From assembly GCA_026991575.1 (NCBI GenBank), contig JALXBF010000069.1, forward strand, positions 46,102 through 66,101: 20,000 bases of DNA. The letters run 5' to 3'. Source of the stretch: Planctomycetota bacterium (GTDB lineage: Bacteria > Planctomycetota > Planctomycetia > JALXBF01). Positions within the stretch are counted from its first letter, which is position 1. The number at the start of each line of letters is the position of its first letter. A model generated the notes under the pieces. The model searched no databases, had not been told where the DNA came from, and was given only the letters and a program-made list of their open reading frames with translations. Positions 15,854 through 20,000 of this stretch are shown here, one piece after another. The position numbers and the translations under genes were made by a program.

Positions 15854-15999
15854 AGATGCCTTTCCCGTTGGGTTGTGCCGGTGCTGCCACTCTCGCGACA
15901 GGTTGCGCTACGCCGGGCCACGGCCGCAAACAGGGCACCCGCTCTGGTCGCGATCCGGACGAGAGAGTCAGTGGGACCAAGCGGGGCGCGACGGTTCAT
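15850..15999 (-). CDS. Possible 49-aa small ORF coupled to suhB
   Basis: ATG at 15999, 2 nt after the stop of the 21-aa ORF; its TGA overlaps the suhB GTG (GTGA, 15850-15853). No recognisable motif. Confidence 0.2.
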   Translation of the reverse strand: MNRRAPLGPTDSLVRIATRAGALFAAVARRSATCRESGSTGTTQRERHL

Positions 16000-16001
16000 T
16001 C

Positions 16002-16067
16002 TCAGAGGATGTCGACGAGCTGTCCAGTCATGCTGCCGCCGGGTCGTTTGCCGGCGGTGAATTCCAT
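16002..16067 (-). CDS. Possible 21-aa small ORF or leader peptide MEFTAGKRPGGSMTGQLVDIL
   Basis: Strong SD GAGGAG (16075-16080) 7 nt upstream of ATG 16067; TGA at 16002-16004. Confidence 0.25.
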   Translation of the reverse strand: MEFTAGKRPGGSMTGQLVDIL

Positions 16068-16182
16068 GCGCGATCTCCTCAATTACCCTCGGCAGATCGT
16101 GTCACAAACAGGCCATCGGCCGAGCGTGCGGACTCTGGCAAAGGATCGGGGGATGACAGCTGCTTGGTCGTCGCCGGGGTGC

Positions 16183-17427
16183 TTAGCCCCCCAGGACCTC
16201 TCGTCCCTTGCCCTGTTGGATCAGCGGAACGTAGGTTTCCAATTCTTCCAGCGTGCCCTCGTCGGTCAGGTCCACCACACGGCCCGTCTCCGCCGACATG
16301 TATGCGGCCATGGTCAGACGCACGATCTCGAGCCCGTAGTGCCAGTCCAGCATCGGCCTGCCGCCGGTGACGAACGCTCGATAGGCGTCCTCATTCTCAT
16401 CGGTGTACCCGTACAGGTCTGCTTCGTTGGGTTGAACTGCCAGGAGCCCTCGGGATGCTGTGGACTTCTCCAGCGCAGCTTCCGCGTCGGCAACGGCATC
16501 GGCGGCTGCATCGCCGATGAAGACCTCCAGCGGCGACTTCAACGTGTTCATCTCAAACGCGTATCCTGGCCCAATGCCCTCCAGGCCGAGCTTCAGTCCC
16601 TGCTTCTCGTACATCCAGCTGTTCATGAACTGGCCCTTGACAAGCTGCCCCGTCTCCGGATTCTGAAATGTGACGACCCCAGTCGCGTAGTCCTCGGCCG
16701 GGGTCTTGGAGTAGTCCACGCCGAAGCGGTCCAGCAGCTCCTGGCGCCAGCGGGGCTGTCCCCATTTCAGCAGCGCGACGTCGGCCGAGACGCGAACCGG
16801 CCGCAGGAAGTCGACCGGTTTGCCGACGGGCGTCAGGGCGTACCAGGCGACCGCAAGGCAGTGGCAACCCATGTCGCTCAGCACGCCGCCGCCCTGCAGC
16901 GTCGGATCCCAGAACCAGCCGTTGTGCGGTCCAGCGTGCTCTTCGCTGGAGCGGGCTAGCACGGGCGGGCCCATCTGCTCCATGACCTTGCGCAACTGGA
17001 ACCGCGTGGCCTTGATGGTCTTCATGTGCAGTTGGTTCTCGAAGTAGGCATGCGGGATCCCGGTCGATTCGATCAGATCGACCAGCCGGCGGGCTTCGCG
17101 CAGGTTCCGGGCCAGTGGCTTCTCACAGATGACCCCCTTCAGCGTGGCTCCTTGTTTGACGGCTTCCACAATCTGCTCAACGGTCTCGACACGCACGAAA
17201 TTGGGTGAGAAGATGCAGACGACATCAACGTTCTTGACCAGTTCGATGACCGAGTCGTAGATGACCGGATCGCCAAGCCGGTGCTCGCGAGCGAATTGAG
17301 CGGCTTTTTCCGGCCGGCTGCGCGACACGAGGCCCGCGATCTCGATGCCACGCACCTGAGTCAACGCGCGCATGTGAAAGAGCGTGACGAAGCCGCCGCC
17401 GATGATGCCGTAGCGCAGTGTGCTCAT
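16183..17427 (-). CDS. Gfo/Idh/MocA family NAD(P)-dependent oxidoreductase
   Basis: YGIIGGGFV nucleotide-binding start, ICEKPLA motif, WFWDPTLQGGGVLSDMGCH catalytic-region motif and PAED. The start overlaps the glpK stop (ATGA, 17424-17427). Confidence 0.92.
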   Translation of the reverse strand: MSTLRYGIIGGGFVTLFHMRALTQVRGIEIAGLVSRSRPEKAAQFAREHRLGDPVIYDSVIELVKNVDVVCIFSPNFVRVETVEQIVEAVKQGATLKGVICEKPLARNLREARRLVDLIESTGIPHAYFENQLHMKTIKATRFQLRKVMEQMGPPVLARSSEEHAGPHNGWFWDPTLQGGGVLSDMGCHCLAVAWYALTPVGKPVDFLRPVRVSADVALLKWGQPRWRQELLDRFGVDYSKTPAEDYATGVVTFQNPETGQLVKGQFMNSWMYEKQGLKLGLEGIGPGYAFEMNTLKSPLEVFIGDAAADAVADAEAALEKSTASRGLLAVQPNEADLYGYTDENEDAYRAFVTGGRPMLDWHYGLEIVRLTMAAYMSAETGRVVDLTDEGTLEELETYVPLIQQGKGREVLGG

Positions 17428-18929
17428 GATTCACTCCGGTAGTGCTCGATCACCGTGCTCACGGATCGCTTCCACCGCTGCACCAGTGCCGCAATCCGTT
17501 CCCGCTCACCGGACGGTCGGAACGTGCGGGCAACTCGGGACCAGCCCCGCACCGCTTCCGGATCGGTAAACACCCCGGCGCCCAGACCGGCCAGCATGGC
17601 GGCCCCCAGCGCGGTGCACTCGGTGTACTGGCTACGTTCCACAGGCAACTCAAGCAGGTCGGCTTGCAGTTGCAGCAGCAGGTCGCTGCGGGCTGCGCCT
17701 CCGTCGGCACGGAGCGACTTCAGCGGCTCGCCCGTATCATGAGCGATCGCTTCGGCCAGATCGTACACCTGAAGCGCAATCGATTCGATCGCCGCGCGGG
17801 CCAGCTCGGCAGCACCGGTTGCCCGCGTCAGGCCAAAGATCGTGCCCTGAGCTTCCGGAGCCCAGTACGGCGCACCGAGCCCGACCAGAGCAGGCACAAA
17901 GACCACCTCGCTGTCGCTCCGAGCTCGTGCCGCCAACTCGTTCACCTGTTCGCTCCGCGAAATGATCCCTAACGCATCACGCAGCCACTGGATCGCCGCG
18001 CCTGCGATGAACAGGCTTCCCTCAATGGCGTACTGCAACGGTTGGTCCGTCAGCGTTGCCGCGATCGTGGTCAACAGACCACGCTCGGACAGAACCGGCC
18101 GATCGCCCAGATGGACCAGCAAAAAGGCCCCGGTGCCGTACGTGCATTTCGCCTGCCCAAACCGCCAGCAGCCCTGGCCAAATAACGACGCCTGCTGGTC
18201 ACCGGCCACGCCGGAGATCGGAATCCCGTCCGGTAGCCAGTCAAGGCCAGCCGTTGTGCCATAGACGTGCGCGCTCGGCAAGACGTCGGGCAACACGGCC
18301 TCGGGAATGCGGAGCTGGTGGCACAGTTCGCCGTCCCAGGTGCCGGAGTGCAGGTTCAGCAGCAGGGTGCGTGAGGCGTTCGTGACGTCGGTAGCATGGA
18401 CCTTGCCTCCGGTGAGCCGCCAGATCAGGAAGCTGTCCACCGTGCCAAAGGCCAGCTCCCCCTTCTCGGCCCGAACCCTGGCACCCTCGATGTTGTCCAG
18501 GATCCATTGCAGCTTCCAAACGGAGAAATAGGGGTTGGCCACCAGACCGGTCCGCTCGCGCAGCATCGGCTCTTCCGCCTTCCACCGGTTGCACACCTCC
18601 GCCGTGCGGCGGTCCTGCCAGACGATGGCGTTGTAGACAGGCTGGCCGGTCTGTCGGTCCCAGACAATCGTGGTCTCACGCTGATTGGCGATGCCAATGC
18701 CGCGAATGGCGTCGGCGTTGATGCCCGCCGAGCGGATCGCGTCGGCGACCACTTGACGCACGCTCGCCCAGATCTCTTCCGGGTCGTGTTCAACCCAGTC
18801 GGCCTGGGGGTAGTGCTGCGGGAACTCCGCCTGAGCAGAGCTGACCGGCTCACCGGACAGCGAGTAGATGATCGCACGCGAGCTGGTGGTGCCCTGGTCA
18901 ATTGCCAGCAGGTAGCCGTCGTCTGCCAT
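17424..18929 (-). CDS. glpK: Glycerol kinase (FGGY family)
   Basis: AIDQGTTSSRA, WVEHDPEEIW, NQRETT, IVWQDRR, PYFS, FGTVDSFLIW, TDVTNASRT, GDQQASLFGQ, KCTYGTGAF, FVPALVGLGAPYW and DGG; SD AAGGAG at 18939-18944. Confidence 0.96.
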   Translation of the reverse strand: MADDGYLLAIDQGTTSSRAIIYSLSGEPVSSAQAEFPQHYPQADWVEHDPEEIWASVRQVVADAIRSAGINADAIRGIGIANQRETTIVWDRQTGQPVYNAIVWQDRRTAEVCNRWKAEEPMLRERTGLVANPYFSVWKLQWILDNIEGARVRAEKGELAFGTVDSFLIWRLTGGKVHATDVTNASRTLLLNLHSGTWDGELCHQLRIPEAVLPDVLPSAHVYGTTAGLDWLPDGIPISGVAGDQQASLFGQGCWRFGQAKCTYGTGAFLLVHLGDRPVLSERGLLTTIAATLTDQPLQYAIEGSLFIAGAAIQWLRDALGIISRSEQVNELAARARSDSEVVFVPALVGLGAPYWAPEAQGTIFGLTRATGAAELARAAIESIALQVYDLAEAIAHDTGEPLKSLRADGGAARSDLLLQLQADLLELPVERSQYTECTALGAAMLAGLGAGVFTDPEAVRGWSRVARTFRPSGERERIAALVQRWKRSVSTVIEHYRSES

Positions 18930-18965
18930 CGCCTAGCACTCCTTACGCTGCCGCAGGATTTCACC

Positions 18966-18999
18966 AAGATAAGCGCCACGGCGTACCAGGTCAATGACC
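18966..18999 (-). promoter_or_regulatory. Sigma70-type promoter for glpK (TTGACC-N17-TATCTT) with an overlapping GGTCA-N-TGACC palindrome
   Basis: Minus-strand -35 TTGACC at 18989-18994, a 17-nt spacer, and -10 TATCTT at 18966-18971, about 36 nt upstream of the glpK ATG; palindrome at 18989-18999. Confidence 0.65.
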
Positions 19000-19036
19000 G
19001 CCACGGGTATGGGTGCGTTTCAGCTCTTGCGGCACA

Positions 19037-19345
19037 GCCGGGCAGCTGCGGCGGTGCCTCGGCATCGCGTCGTGTCCTCGGTTGGGCCAGTGCCCGGCGT
19101 GGTGGTGACAGGCGAAGCGGGAAACAAACCGAACGAGCAGCCTACTTCCAGCGCCCGGGGGGGCATATACTCCCCCCGGGCGGGCGCGGATTGGATTGCG
19201 CCGGCGGTGTCCTCTTAAGTCGGGTTCCTTGCCCTGCCGCCGCGGGCGCCGACCGCGGCGCCAGGGCAGTCGTCCGCGTCGTGCCACGGGCGAACCCGCC
19301 CGCGACGCGTCTCGAAACAGATTCTTTCGATCCGCCGCGCTGTTC
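19037..19345. other. Cluster of strong inverted repeats in a long intergenic region
   Basis: Stems read by hand: 19037-19044/19091-19098; 19152-19162/19172-19182 (11 bp perfect); 19230-19245/19253-19268 (15 bp, one mismatch); 19275-19309 (7+6 bp with a bulge); and a weaker one at 19316-19344. Confidence 0.5.
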
Positions 19346-19860
19346 AAACAATCCTGCGCGTGCGGGGCGTGCAGCCCTGCCCCCATCTGCCCGTACCAGC
19401 AACCGGCCCGCCGGATCAGCCTCCCGCCCCGCGCCATGCTCCACCGACGCGGACCGTCTCGCCAGCCTACAGCGAGCCACCGGCCGCCACGGTGGGCGCA
19501 GGAGCAGAAACGCAGCCTCTGGTGCACCTGCCGTTCGCCAGCTGCCCTGCACGCTCGTCTGGTCCCAGCGCGCGGCCCAGCGGCCCGGTCCGCAGACTTC
19601 CATACGAACGGGCACAGGACTGTCGCACGCTCGTGCCCGGTCAGCGGCCGAGGCCAGCAAGTGGGGTCAAGCCGGAGACCTACCGGGGAACACGAGGTGA
19701 TCGGACCGTTCCACTGCAAGAGCCGAACTGGCCCCGGTTGCTCGGGCTCCTCGAGTTGACCTTCCTGCGCCCCGACCGCCAGGTCATCGTTCGTGGCGCC
19801 GGAGTGAAGAGTTCGAGAGCGAGAGGCCGGATGGCGCGGAACGCTACCGACCGTTGGCAG

Positions 19861-20000
19861 CTAGAGTTCCCCGGCCAGCCGTTTGCAAATCGCCGCCACA
19901 TCATAGACGCAGCCACCCCAGACACCGCCGCTTACCGTCTGCAGGGCGGCCCAGAGGCGGGTATCGGCGGGCAAATCGGGGCGGGGGGACAGGTCTGGAC
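19861..20000 (-). CDS. yjhG: YjhG/YagF family D-xylonate dehydratase, C-terminal fragment (gene begins beyond the right edge)
   Basis: Hand translation [45 protein letters not shown] matches the distinctive C-terminus of this family ([25 protein letters not shown]); TAG at 19861-19863. Confidence 0.88.
   Translation of the reverse strand, partial: PDLSPRPDLPADTRLWAALQTVSGGVWGGCVYDVAAICKRLAGEL

Noticed and set aside
15047..16959. Long + strand ORFs 15047..16060 and 15805..16959
   Set aside because: Antisense shadows of suhB and the oxidoreductase, as expected from GC-rich codon usage.
17424..18929. Reassigning the FGGY kinase as a xylulose or other sugar kinase because of its neighbours
   Set aside because: The glycerol-kinase-type substrate motifs are all intact.
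18396..19759. ORFs 18396..19700 (+), 18991..19719 (-), 19142..19660 (-) and 19196..19759 (+)
   Set aside because: Low-complexity Arg/Gly/Ala/Pro composition and no recognisable domain; one is partly antisense to glpK. An orphan gene cannot be fully excluded.
1..20000. CRISPR arrays, transposases, integrases, prophage or defence genes
   Set aside because: No regularly spaced repeats or such protein motifs were seen, and no obvious compositional break was noticed by eye.

Overview
GC-rich window that is very probably from a Planctomycetota chromosome; this is an inference from a PSD1/planctomycete cytochrome c gene paired with a DUF1501 gene and a PVC-type heme-binding CxxCH protein. Gene order: partial comEC (minus, runs off the left edge, absent from the ORF track), argC, a membrane-anchored FGE/SUMF1-fold protein, an exported Pro/His-rich hypothetical protein, DUF1501, PSD1-cytochrome c, PVC-type heme protein, mqnD, an EF-hand membrane protein, an inositol monophosphatase, a Gfo/Idh/MocA oxidoreductase coupled to glpK, and the 3' end of a YjhG/YagF-family xylonate dehydratase (absent from the ORF track). 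No mobile element, CRISPR array, tRNA or rRNA was seen. The best candidate for something undescribed is an orphan transcription unit at about 4871-5016: a near-consensus sigma70 promoter followed directly by a ~110-nt sequence that folds by hand into a three-way junction on the + strand, with no recognisable + strand gene downstream. Other points of interest are a circularly permuted discoidin domain in the PSD1 protein, a chain of possibly coupled small ORFs ahead of the IMPase gene, and a hairpin-dense 930-bp intergenic region. Family calls come from motif recognition by eye; no database search or folding program was run.
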